From Weeksellaceae bacterium (GTDB taxonomy: Bacteria; Bacteroidota; Bacteroidia; Flavobacteriales; Weeksellaceae), in contig JBPCUN010000019.1 of NCBI GenBank assembly GCA_051011115.1, positions 2,843 through 66,842 on the forward strand: a stretch of DNA of 64,000 bases. The letters are read 5' to 3'. Under the pieces are notes generated by a model. That model ran no database searches. It was not told where the DNA came from and saw nothing but the letters and a program-made list of their open reading frames with translations. How positions within the stretch are numbered: position 1 is the first letter of the stretch; each line of letters begins with the position of its first letter. The translations under genes were made by a program, and so were the position numbers. Shown one piece after another: positions 38,750-48,360 of this stretch.

Positions 38750-41182
38750 ATGAAAGTTAGAGCATTTTACAGTATTATTATATGTCTCATATTGGGTAGT
38801 TTGTCACATGCCCAAGAGAATAAAATTTGGGGATTTGTGACCGATTCTGATATGAAACCATTAAATGGAATTTCCATTCACATACAAGAAATCAATCAAA
38901 CAATAAATACAGATGAGAATGGTAGATATGAATTTAAACATTTAAATGACGGGTTTTACACGCTAGTTGTTGATGCCACTAATTACCTAAAAGAGTCTAA
39001 AGCAATAAATTTAGTTAAAAATCAGTCAGAACAAATTGATTTTATTCTAAGAAATGATGTTATTCAATTGCAAACTGTTGAAATATTAGGTAGGAACAAG
39101 ATATCCTATATGAATGATGAATCTTTCGCATCAACAAAAACATCCACTTTGATCAAAGATACTCCTCAAACAATAAGTTACGTTACAAAAGAAGTAATGG
39201 CCGATAGACAAGCTTATAGAGTAAACGATGTGGTTAAAAATATAAGTGGGGTTAATCAATATTCTTTTTATAATGACTATACCATTAGAGGTTTTAGATC
39301 AGAGCAAGAGTTAATCAATGGTCTTAGGGTAATAGGTTTATTTGGACCGCAAATTTTAACAGCCAATTTAGAACGTGTAGAAGTTATCAAAGGTCCCTCA
39401 TCAGCTGTATTTGGTAATTCATCACCAGGAGGTACCATGAATAGGGTTACAAAAAAACCGCTAGCTACGGACAGAAAAGCCTTAAGCTTTACTACTGGAA
39501 GTTATAACACGCTAAGGGCTACAGCTGACTTTACAGGCCCTTTGAATGAAAGTAAAACTTTACTTTACCGTTTAAATATGGCTTATGAAAACTCAGACAA
39601 TTTTAGAGATTTGCAAAAATTCAAATCTTTTATGGTCGCACCTTCTGTAACCTTTCTACCAACGGACAAAACCAAAATTAATTTTGATTTGGTATTAACA
39701 AATTTTGATGGTAAACTAGATCGAGGTCAACCTATATTCGGTGCATCCTCAGGGACAGATTTAAATTCTACACCTATTTCTCTTGCTATAGGTGCTGCCA
39801 ACGATTATCATAAAACCAATGTAGCTTATAGTACATTGTCTCTAAGTCATCAATTTACCGATCGCTTATCTTTTAATTCTTCTTATATGATGTATTCTTA
39901 TAATGAAGATTTATTTGAACATAGGACTTCTAACAGGTTTGCTGTTGATAGTTTAGGGAATCAAATCCCAACACTCATGGGAATGAGAATTTCGGCAAGA
40001 GAACAACAAGAAACAACACACAATGTAACATCATATTTTGTATATGATTTTAAAACAGGAGGTATTAATCATAAATTGTTGGCTGGTTATGATTTTGTGA
40101 ATAGGTCTAGACCTGTAGGAGGAGGTATAATTTTTACCAGCAGTAGCGCTATTTATAGGACTATTGACGGCGGTTTAGCCAAATATGATCCAGCAAATGC
40201 ATCTAATTTTATTTTTGAAAATGGATTGCCAAAACCCAATATTCCTCATTTTGATTTAAAGAATCCAACCTATAAGTTGGGATATCCAAGTGATTATATT
40301 TTAAATAGACGAGAAAGGTCAGCCTATAAATTATATACACAAGGAATTTATTTTCAGGATCAAATTAAATATAAAAACTTACAAGTTCTTTTAGGTTTAC
40401 GTCAAGAGTATTATACAGATGTATTGAATTATAAAAAAGAAAATGAAGAAACCATAAGTCAAAATAAATTATTGCCAAGAATAGGAATGGTATATACATT
40501 AAATCCTCAAATTAATATTTATGGGACTTATACACAAAGTTTTCAACCGCAACAGGCATCAACCTTAGACGAAGCAAGTGGTGGGCCTTTTGACCCTAAA
40601 ACAGGAAAGATGGTTGAATTTGGATTTAAATCTACTTTTTTTCATGATAAGTTAGCTACCAATGTTTCATTTTATAATATAGATTATAAAAATATATTGG
40701 TAACTGATGCTGATACAGGGCTATTAAAGCAAAGAGGAGCAGAGAGATCTAGAGGTTTTGAGGTTGATGTGAATGGTAGCATTTCAAAAAACTTTATGCT
40801 TACAGCAAATTACGCTTATAATAAAGGAACCATCGAAGAAAGTGATGAGCCAGAATTAATAGGAGAATTAAAATCCAATGCACCATTACATGCGGGAGGA
40901 TTTTTTGCAAATTATGAAGTTTTAACTGGAACTTTAAGAAATGTTAATTTTAATTTAGGTTCTAACTTTGTAACTGAGAGAAACACCAACGATAAAGGAT
41001 TAACGTTACCAGCTTGTTTGATATTTGATGGAGGAGTCTCTTATAAAATTAACAAAGTAAAATTAGCATTAACTGTAAATAATATATTAAATAAAAAACA
41101 TTGGGTAGGAGGATATAGTTATGTAAGACTATTCCCTGGAGCACCTAGAAATTACCTATTGAACATTGCCTATACATTTTAA
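38750..41182 (+). CDS. TonB-dependent siderophore-type receptor
   Basis: Signal peptide, N-terminal extension domain, plug (DTPQTIS, TIRGF, ERVEVIKGPSSAVFG), barrel ending PGAPRNYLLNIAYTF. Confidence 0.9.
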   Translation: MKVRAFYSIIICLILGSLSHAQENKIWGFVTDSDMKPLNGISIHIQEINQTINTDENGRYEFKHLNDGFYTLVVDATNYLKESKAINLVKNQSEQIDFILRNDVIQLQTVEILGRNKISYMNDESFASTKTSTLIKDTPQTISYVTKEVMADRQAYRVNDVVKNISGVNQYSFYNDYTIRGFRSEQELINGLRVIGLFGPQILTANLERVEVIKGPSSAVFGNSSPGGTMNRVTKKPLATDRKALSFTTGSYNTLRATADFTGPLNESKTLLYRLNMAYENSDNFRDLQKFKSFMVAPSVTFLPTDKTKINFDLVLTNFDGKLDRGQPIFGASSGTDLNSTPISLAIGAANDYHKTNVAYSTLSLSHQFTDRLSFNSSYMMYSYNEDLFEHRTSNRFAVDSLGNQIPTLMGMRISAREQQETTHNVTSYFVYDFKTGGINHKLLAGYDFVNRSRPVGGGIIFTSSSAIYRTIDGGLAKYDPANASNFIFENGLPKPNIPHFDLKNPTYKLGYPSDYILNRRERSAYKLYTQGIYFQDQIKYKNLQVLLGLRQEYYTDVLNYKKENEETISQNKLLPRIGMVYTLNPQINIYGTYTQSFQPQQASTLDEASGGPFDPKTGKMVEFGFKSTFFHDKLATNVSFYNIDYKNILVTDADTGLLKQRGAERSRGFEVDVNGSISKNFMLTANYAYNKGTIEESDEPELIGELKSNAPLHAGGFFANYEVLTGTLRNVNFNLGSNFVTERNTNDKGLTLPACLIFDGGVSYKINKVKLALTVNNILNKKHWVGGYSYVRLFPGAPRNYLLNIAYTF

Positions 41183-41203
41183 ACTAATTAGTTATAAAAT
41201 TTT

Positions 41204-42505
41204 ATGAAATTTAATAAAAAGACATTTTATAAAATTCATCAATGGGTAGGAATTAAATTAAGCATACTATTTTTTATAGTATGCTTTTCTGGTACTTTAG
41301 CAACGCTCAGTGTAGAAATGGATTGGCTTTTTATACCAGAGATTAGAGCAGAAAAGGAAAGTTCAAAAGTAGATTTTAATCATAAATTCCAGAATTTATA
41401 TGATGCTTATCCCCAGTCAGAAAGTGTATATTGGTTTTCTCAGACAGATTCTTATGTTTGTGATATTGTATATATTACCGAGAACAATCACCGGTATTAC
41501 GCATTTGTAAACCCATATACAGGTGAAGTACAGGGTAGAGTAAACCTGACATTTCAACGGTTCTTTCGAGACTTACATTACTTTTTATTCATACCTTTTC
41601 AAATAGGGAATTTTATCGTTTTAACTTTTGGGTTTTTATTGTTTTTTTCTGTTGCTACAGCGCTGTTGTTCTTCAATAAATGGTATAAACATTTATTCCC
41701 ATTAAAGTTAAAAACTAAGAATAAAGAAGTTATGTATCGGAGTTTGCATAGGCTTGTGGGCGCGTGGTCTGTTCCCTTTATTTTTATAATATCACTAACT
41801 GGAATTTGGTATTTTATGGAAAGAACAAATTTAGGTCATATATCAGATATAGCTAATCCTAAAGCACCTATTCTAAACAATGAAAAACCATTTAATTATC
41901 AAGATGACAAGCCCTTTTTTCTATCAATAGACTTTAATAAAGCTATTGAAGTAGCCAAACAAACTATTCCTAATCTTACAATTAAAGATGTTAAGATTCC
42001 AGATTCTTATAATATACCAATTTATATTAATGGAACCAGTCAGGTACCATTACTGAGAAATAGAGCCAATAGGGTTTATATAAATCCTGTCAATTATGAA
42101 GTTGTGAAAGTACAACGCGCAGATAATTTATCTGCAATCACGTTTATTAATGATGCCATGGATCCAATTCATTTTGGAACTTGGGGTGGTTTAACTACCA
42201 AGATATTCTGGTTTTTTGGTGGATTATCCATATCCACACTTATATTATCTGGAATTTGGGTTGCGCTTAGGAGAAACGCTAAAAGAAAATTATTTGGTAA
42301 AAAGGATAAAACTAGTATAGGTAAATGGGTGAATGTAAATTATCTTATCATTTTAACCATGATTGGTTTTATGTACTATGTATTAAAAAATAGATATAGT
42401 GTTGAACCCCGAATTTTTTATGTCGTTTCTATAGCAATAATTGTATTTATTTTTATAGGGTGGTACATTTTTATCTACCGAATAAATAAATCTCTGCATA
42501 AATAA
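41204..42505 (+). CDS. PepSY-associated TM-helix protein (iron-siderophore utilisation/reductase type)
   Basis: HQWVG, LHYFL, LHRLVG, PIHFGTWGG, SGIW; follows the TonB receptor. Confidence 0.85.
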   Translation: MKFNKKTFYKIHQWVGIKLSILFFIVCFSGTLATLSVEMDWLFIPEIRAEKESSKVDFNHKFQNLYDAYPQSESVYWFSQTDSYVCDIVYITENNHRYYAFVNPYTGEVQGRVNLTFQRFFRDLHYFLFIPFQIGNFIVLTFGFLLFFSVATALLFFNKWYKHLFPLKLKTKNKEVMYRSLHRLVGAWSVPFIFIISLTGIWYFMERTNLGHISDIANPKAPILNNEKPFNYQDDKPFFLSIDFNKAIEVAKQTIPNLTIKDVKIPDSYNIPIYINGTSQVPLLRNRANRVYINPVNYEVVKVQRADNLSAITFINDAMDPIHFGTWGGLTTKIFWFFGGLSISTLILSGIWVALRRNAKRKLFGKKDKTSIGKWVNVNYLIILTMIGFMYYVLKNRYSVEPRIFYVVSIAIIVFIFIGWYIFIYRINKSLHK

Positions 42506-42603
42506 ATATAGCCTATTAGGTTTAAGTAATTTAATAATGCACAGAAAGCCTCATTATAATCAAAGAGACTTTCTTGTATTAATATTTTTTGTCCAGGTTC
42601 TAT

Positions 42604-43518
42604 TTAGTAATCGTAATTGCCTCTTAATTGACCGTAGGTTTGAAATTTTTGTAGATTTTTGTCGTATATAATCACCCCTTTTGTCTCTTCTCCTGTCAAG
42701 ATGATTCCGTCTAAGGGTGCCGGGACTAGTCTATCTTCTTCCATAAATATTTTAGCTCCTTTCTTAAAAGATGAAACTTTCAATTTGTCTACATAATTTT
42801 CGGCAAAAGCTAAATAGGGTTGATCTGTTGCTGAATTAGTACACAAAATCAAAAGGCGAGAACTTTGATTTTCAACGTTATCTATTAAGATAGCTACATC
42901 ATTAATACCATCGCTATCAAAATCTCCATAGGCTATGACATCTTTAGCTCTATCCTTATTTTGAGTGAGCTCATAGTTCATATTATTCGTATATTTATTA
43001 CTAAGAATTAAGCTCTTCACACCCGTATGTAACTGGTTGAATGGCTCTAACGAAAAGCTAGTTCTGTATTCGTCAAAAGAGTAACTATCTACCAAAGTAT
43101 TTCCTACAATATAATAAGATGATGGTTCTGGTTGATTAATTTCTGGTTTGGTAAAATAAACTTTTTTATATTGTTTGATAGATTCATCATAAGAGGACCA
43201 AACTTTATCTCCAAAAAACAAACTTTTTACTTTATGGCTATTTTTATTGGGTTTGGAACGAACATAAACTTCATTCGCAATAACATAATATTCTGCATAG
43301 GGGTTGTATTCTTCTCCCGCCTCCCCTATCACGGGTTGAATGATATTTACATTATTATTTATTTGCAAAGTGTCTCGTGTATCGTGAGATGTAGAATCTT
43401 TGACCGAAGTAACTGTTGAACTATCGCTTGAAGTTTTATCAGTTTTACCCTCTTTTTTACAACCTAATAAGAAAATAAAAATGCAGCTGTAGAATACCAT
43501 TAATTTTATACTATTCAT
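42604..43518 (-). CDS. Hypothetical lipoprotein with SH3b-like domain and DxDxDG motif
   Basis: Lipobox LLGC, Ser/Thr linker, VYVRSKPN...LFFGDKV, GDFDSDGINDVA. Confidence 0.65.
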   Translation of the reverse strand: MNSIKLMVFYSCIFIFLLGCKKEGKTDKTSSDSSTVTSVKDSTSHDTRDTLQINNNVNIIQPVIGEAGEEYNPYAEYYVIANEVYVRSKPNKNSHKVKSLFFGDKVWSSYDESIKQYKKVYFTKPEINQPEPSSYYIVGNTLVDSYSFDEYRTSFSLEPFNQLHTGVKSLILSNKYTNNMNYELTQNKDRAKDVIAYGDFDSDGINDVAILIDNVENQSSRLLILCTNSATDQPYLAFAENYVDKLKVSSFKKGAKIFMEEDRLVPAPLDGIILTGEETKGVIIYDKNLQKFQTYGQLRGNYDY

Positions 43519-44156
43519 AGTGTTATCGAATTATTGCTTCTTCTTGCAATTTAGTAAAAAAAACAAAAGATATTATGCATGACAATTAATCTTACCTTCC
43601 TCTCAATATATTTCTATAAAAAAAGCAAATAATCAATTCGTAATGCATCATTATAGAATATGCTGTATTTTATAATTTATAGTTTTAGTCTTCATAAATA
43701 TTTTTGACAGGATCATATATATGTCTATGAGGCTTAGATTTATAGCCCTTTAGAGTTAAATAACTTTAAAGTACTTTGCAGTGTGTGTTTTACCTTCAGA
43801 ACAATCTTAATGCTGAACACCAATAAATAATGTAATATTACTTCCTAGATTATTTCAATCTGTGTTTCCTAAATATATAATCCCATAAATAGTATAAAAA
43901 CCATAGTTTTATTACGTTAAATAGGATGGTTTTGATGAAAAAAAATTAGTTGTGGAAGCGAGAAATGTTGGTGTTTTAGTAATCTAATAATATGTGACCA
44001 ATAAGGAATAGATAGCCCTTAATCGTGGATATGTAAATGAAATAAGGCACAAAAAGTGATGATTTTTGACCAAACCCCTTTTGTGCCTATATTCTTATCT
44101 TTGGTTGAATGTGGACTATTAATGACAGTCCTAAGTTGTCCAAAATTTGTTACATA

Positions 44157-45782
44157 TTAATCTTTATATAATTTCTGTTTTAGCTCTTTAACTTTAGGAT
44201 CCTTTAAGTATTCATCATAGGTCATATAACGATCTATTACACCTCTTGGGGTGATTTCGATTATTCTATTACATACAGTCTGTACTAATTCGTGGTCATG
44301 CGAGGACATGACAATAGTACCTTTAAAGTTTTCTAAGGAGTTATTTAAAGCTGAAATCGACTCTAAATCCAAGTGGTTGGTTGGCTCATCAAACAATAAA
44401 ACGTTTCCTTTAAGAAGCATCATTCTCGAGAACATAATTCGCATTTTTTCTCCCCCTGAAAGAACGTTACTAGCTTTTAACCCTTCATCACCAGAAAATA
44501 ACATTCTCCCTAGGAAGGTGCGAATATATTCTGCATGGCGTTCTTCATCAGTTTCTACATATTGTCTCAACCAATCTACTAAATCAATATCTGATTGGAA
44601 AAATGCAGTGTTATCTAAAGGTAAGTAAGTTTGCTTGGTCGTTACCCCCCATTTATAGGTACCTCCATCAGCTTCTTGATTTCCAGAAATTATCTCAAAA
44701 AATGCTGTTTTTGCCAATGATTTTCTAGCAATAATTGCCACCTTATCCCCTTTAGCTAAATTAAAAGTTACGTTAGCAAATAATACCTCATCATCTAATT
44801 TAGCAGATAAATTCTCTACTTCTAAAATTTGATCTCCTGCTTCTCTTTCGGGTTCAAAGATGATGGCAGGATACCTGCGAGAAGAAGGTTTTATCTCTTG
44901 CATATCTAACTTTTCTATCATCTTCTTACGTGCTGTGGCTTGTTTTGCCTTGGCTACGTTGGAGCTAAATCGAGAGATGAATTCTTGCAATTCTTTTTTC
45001 TTTTCTTCTGCCTTTTTATTGGCTTGTGCACGTTGTCTTGTCGCTAATTGTGACGCTTGATACCAGAAACTATAGTTACCTGTATATAAGTTTAATTTTT
45101 TATAGTCTAAATCTACAATATGCGTACAGACTGTGTCTAGAAAGTGACGATCATGTGATACAACAATTACCGTGTTTTCATAATCTGCCAAGAAATTTTC
45201 TAGCCAATTGATAGTTTCAACATCTAAATCATTGGTAGGCTCATCCAGCACTAGCACGTCTGGATTACCAAATAAGGCTTGTGCTAAAAGTACCCTAACT
45301 TTAGATTTGGAGTCTAAATCTCCCATAAATGTATAGTGATTCTCTTCAGGAATTCCTACGTTCGACAATAAAGTGGCGGCATCTGTTTCTGCGTTCCAAC
45401 CGTTCATTTCTTCATATATCACCCCTAGCTCTCCAGCTTTTACCCCGTCCGCCTCAGAAAAGTCTGGTTTGGCGTACAACGCATCCATTTCTGTTTTAAT
45501 TTCAAACAGTGGTTTGTTCCCTCTTAATACGGTTTCTAATACAGATACATCATCATATTTGAAGTGATCTTGCTCTAGGAAAGACATTCTTCTACCTGGT
45601 TCTAGTGAAACATTACCAGAGGTTGGATCTTGCTCTCCAGATAAAATCTTGAGGAATGTGGATTTACCTGCTCCATTGGCACCAATAATTCCATAACAAT
45701 TCCCCTTGGTAAACTTAATGTTTACTTCATCAAAAAGAACTCTTTTCCCAAACTGAAGGGATACGTTAGAAACTGTTAACAT
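44157..45782 (-). CDS. ABC-F family ribosome-associated ATPase (YbiT-like)
   Basis: Two ABC domains (GANGAGKST, DEPTNDLD; LSGGEK, DEPTNHLD) with a charged linker and no TM helices. Confidence 0.92.
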   Translation of the reverse strand: MLTVSNVSLQFGKRVLFDEVNIKFTKGNCYGIIGANGAGKSTFLKILSGEQDPTSGNVSLEPGRRMSFLEQDHFKYDDVSVLETVLRGNKPLFEIKTEMDALYAKPDFSEADGVKAGELGVIYEEMNGWNAETDAATLLSNVGIPEENHYTFMGDLDSKSKVRVLLAQALFGNPDVLVLDEPTNDLDVETINWLENFLADYENTVIVVSHDRHFLDTVCTHIVDLDYKKLNLYTGNYSFWYQASQLATRQRAQANKKAEEKKKELQEFISRFSSNVAKAKQATARKKMIEKLDMQEIKPSSRRYPAIIFEPEREAGDQILEVENLSAKLDDEVLFANVTFNLAKGDKVAIIARKSLAKTAFFEIISGNQEADGGTYKWGVTTKQTYLPLDNTAFFQSDIDLVDWLRQYVETDEERHAEYIRTFLGRMLFSGDEGLKASNVLSGGEKMRIMFSRMMLLKGNVLLFDEPTNHLDLESISALNNSLENFKGTIVMSSHDHELVQTVCNRIIEITPRGVIDRYMTYDEYLKDPKVKELKQKLYKD

Positions 45783-45799
45783 AGTTTGATTTAAAAATG

Positions 45800-45807
45800 C
45801 AAATATA
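45800..45807 (-). promoter_or_regulatory. Sigma-A -7 element for the ABC-F gene
   Basis: TATATTTG on the minus strand, 18 nt upstream of the ATG. Confidence 0.55.
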
Positions 45808-45860
45808 CGAATTTCGATTTGTGTTGCTATGGAATACTTTTTTAATCTTATCTACCAATA

Positions 45861-45895
45861 GAAAAACCACGCTACTGTAGAAGTGGCGTGGTTTC
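45861..45895 (-). terminator. Intrinsic terminator after the phosphoesterase gene
   Basis: Minus strand GAAACCACGCCACT-TCTAC-AGTAGCGTGGTTT followed by further T residues. Confidence 0.7.
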
Positions 45896-45957
45896 ATTAA
45901 AGATTAAACAGAATCAATGTTGATGCGATTTACCCATAGATAAGCTGCATTCAATAT

Positions 45958-48360
45958 TTATTTCTTAATGAACTTATGAGAACTTATTTGATTGTTAGCG
46001 TGGTTTAACACTTTAATAAAGTAAACGCCTGATCTTAAATCTTCCACAGAAACTTCTACCTCAGAATTATTAATACGCCTTGTACTACAATTCATCTTTT
46101 GACCTACCATATTAAATACTCCTAAAACAGTTGTGTTTTCAACCAATTCTGCCATACCAAAAATCATAATTTTATCGCTTGCTGGATTAGGGTATATTTT
46201 GTACGTTAAGCTTGAAGCTTCTTGAGGAGTTTCCGTTGTGCTTAGTTTTGCCGCTGCATCATAAGTATAAGTCACCAATAAGAAGTAAGCATCCGTATAT
46301 TTGTCCCGCGAGTACGCTGTTCTTTTATTCTCCTCATTTTCTAAACTTGGTCCAGATGGTTCAAATTTGAAGACCACAGAACTATGGTTATTCCAAGAAT
46401 CTTGAGTGATAAGTTGATTGAGCAATGCAGATAAATCTGGCGTCTGTGTCTCTGCTCCATATCCTTTTTTGGTCCATGCGGGAATATCCCAAACGATGCT
46501 CTCCGCTATATAATCTCTGTTGGTTAAATCGTATGGCGTGCTGGTGAATGCTGCGGCATTGTCCGTATTTTCTAGATATATTGTCGTTTGAGCTGGTTCA
46601 GCCTGGTCATATTTACCATAAAATTCTATGGTAGATGAAACAATTTCGGCTCTTTTAGGAATCATTAAATCATCAAACCTAATTCCGACTTTTTGATACC
46701 CTTGCTCATTATAGCTATCATATCCGAACTCCAAATCAGAGGAGCCCATATACATATTACCTGCATTCGCTTGCCCCTCTTCAATATCATCTGAACCTAC
46801 ACTGGGCAGAATTGTAACTTCAATCTGAAATTTTCCCACATAAATCTTTTTCTCTATAATTTTATTTAACCCATCTACTGAATTTATTTTGGCACGAATA
46901 ATATAAAGACCATCCTCTTGCAAAGCAGTATGAAGGGTATAAGGTTCTTTTGTTAACGTCGTTAATTTAGTAACAGTTTCCTCTGGTAATTTAATTGTTT
47001 CAAATTCAATATCCTTTATCCCATTACCTTTATCTAAAATGTTAACACATAATTCTATGTTATTACGATCTGCAAAATCTGTTTTAGTATCGTCAGAAAA
47101 TGCTGCATTGGGAGGGTTCAAAACTTGGGTTGGATATATATATGTAATACTTTCACCATCTTTCATAGTCCAAATATCTAATTTATTAGGAATGGCAAAT
47201 ACATTATCATTGGTTAATTCTTCCACTTCATCTGCATTATCTACTTTTACCGTTCTCAACTCTATTTTGTCTCCATCTACAAAAAACCACTTAAATTGAT
47301 TGAAAGAATCTGAGTCCTGTGTCCAACTTTTTTCATCATCTGGTGTACGTAAAGGAGCTCCCCAACATCCTTCACCCACGTAGGTAGTTCCATTTTTATT
47401 ATCCACTTCAAATCCCTCATCATTATTGGCTCCACTGCTTGGTTTCAACGGATAAGTCGATTTTACCATGTGTGAATCACACTCTACCACTAATCTTACC
47501 GCATTGTGATAAAATAGCCTTGCCCACGCATTGTATCTATCTATCCCCTCAGCTTTACCAGAGGTGTGGGGGCGCATAGGCTTATGGTATTGTGCTGCTT
47601 TAAAAACCACATCATCATGAGAAGTCAAATCTTGTTCTAACCAATCTAACTGATCTCCAAAAACAGAAATTTCAGTGTTTAACGTATAGGCTCTAAATAG
47701 ATTTCCACCAAAGGTAATGGCTCCATAAGAGTCTTCATGAGTGGTGTCAAACAATTCAAAAATGGTATTAGATCGCTCATGGTTTCCTCTCGTAGGTATG
47801 ATCGGAAACATTCTCCCATCTGAGGCCGTGGTAAGCTGCCAATCATTGAACCAATCTTGCCATTGCTCATCATTATCATATGCAGTCATATCCCCTCCAA
47901 ATAAAACGGCGGTAGGTTTTAGCTTAGCAACTAGTTTATTAGCATTTTGTCTAGGCACTCTATTGTTCCTAGAGTCTCCACCCGCGATAAAGGATATTTT
48001 TGTATGATCGCTAGGTGCTGTTTTAAACCAGAAACGCTTACTTACACCCTCACTATCTTCTATCACGAAATAATAAGCGGTATTGGGCTGTAAACCTTTT
48101 AATCTAGCAAACTGGTTGCTCATTCCTCTGAAGGCTGTTGTCCTATCGACACGCTTAGTTTGGGTATATAAGGCAGTATTCTGCCCATGATCTTCTGTTC
48201 CGAATTTCACTATGGGGTTGGTACCAGATACCTGATTCCAAGCGATTGTTATTGTGCTAGATGGATCGTCTGTCAAAATCAGACGATATTTATCTGTCTT
48301 AGCGCCCACCTTCAGGGCAACCAAAAACAAGATGATGGCAAAATAGTTGAAATGTTTCAT
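45958..48360 (-). CDS. T9SS-secreted purple-acid-phosphatase-like metallophosphoesterase
   Basis: Signal peptide, FN3-like N-domain (LKGLQPNTAYYF), GGDSR, GGDM..Y, RGNHE, YHKP, CDSH; C-terminal IYPNPA...GVYFIKV...KFIKK CTD. Confidence 0.82.
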   Translation of the reverse strand: MKHFNYFAIILFLVALKVGAKTDKYRLILTDDPSSTITIAWNQVSGTNPIVKFGTEDHGQNTALYTQTKRVDRTTAFRGMSNQFARLKGLQPNTAYYFVIEDSEGVSKRFWFKTAPSDHTKISFIAGGDSRNNRVPRQNANKLVAKLKPTAVLFGGDMTAYDNDEQWQDWFNDWQLTTASDGRMFPIIPTRGNHERSNTIFELFDTTHEDSYGAITFGGNLFRAYTLNTEISVFGDQLDWLEQDLTSHDDVVFKAAQYHKPMRPHTSGKAEGIDRYNAWARLFYHNAVRLVVECDSHMVKSTYPLKPSSGANNDEGFEVDNKNGTTYVGEGCWGAPLRTPDDEKSWTQDSDSFNQFKWFFVDGDKIELRTVKVDNADEVEELTNDNVFAIPNKLDIWTMKDGESITYIYPTQVLNPPNAAFSDDTKTDFADRNNIELCVNILDKGNGIKDIEFETIKLPEETVTKLTTLTKEPYTLHTALQEDGLYIIRAKINSVDGLNKIIEKKIYVGKFQIEVTILPSVGSDDIEEGQANAGNMYMGSSDLEFGYDSYNEQGYQKVGIRFDDLMIPKRAEIVSSTIEFYGKYDQAEPAQTTIYLENTDNAAAFTSTPYDLTNRDYIAESIVWDIPAWTKKGYGAETQTPDLSALLNQLITQDSWNNHSSVVFKFEPSGPSLENEENKRTAYSRDKYTDAYFLLVTYTYDAAAKLSTTETPQEASSLTYKIYPNPASDKIMIFGMAELVENTTVLGVFNMVGQKMNCSTRRINNSEVEVSVEDLRSGVYFIKVLNHANNQISSHKFIKK

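Noticed and set aside
43896-43922. dif-like sequence CATAG-TTTTA-TTACGTTAAAT
   Set aside because: The XerD-like arm is close to consensus, but the spacer is 5 bp instead of 6 and the XerC arm is poor.
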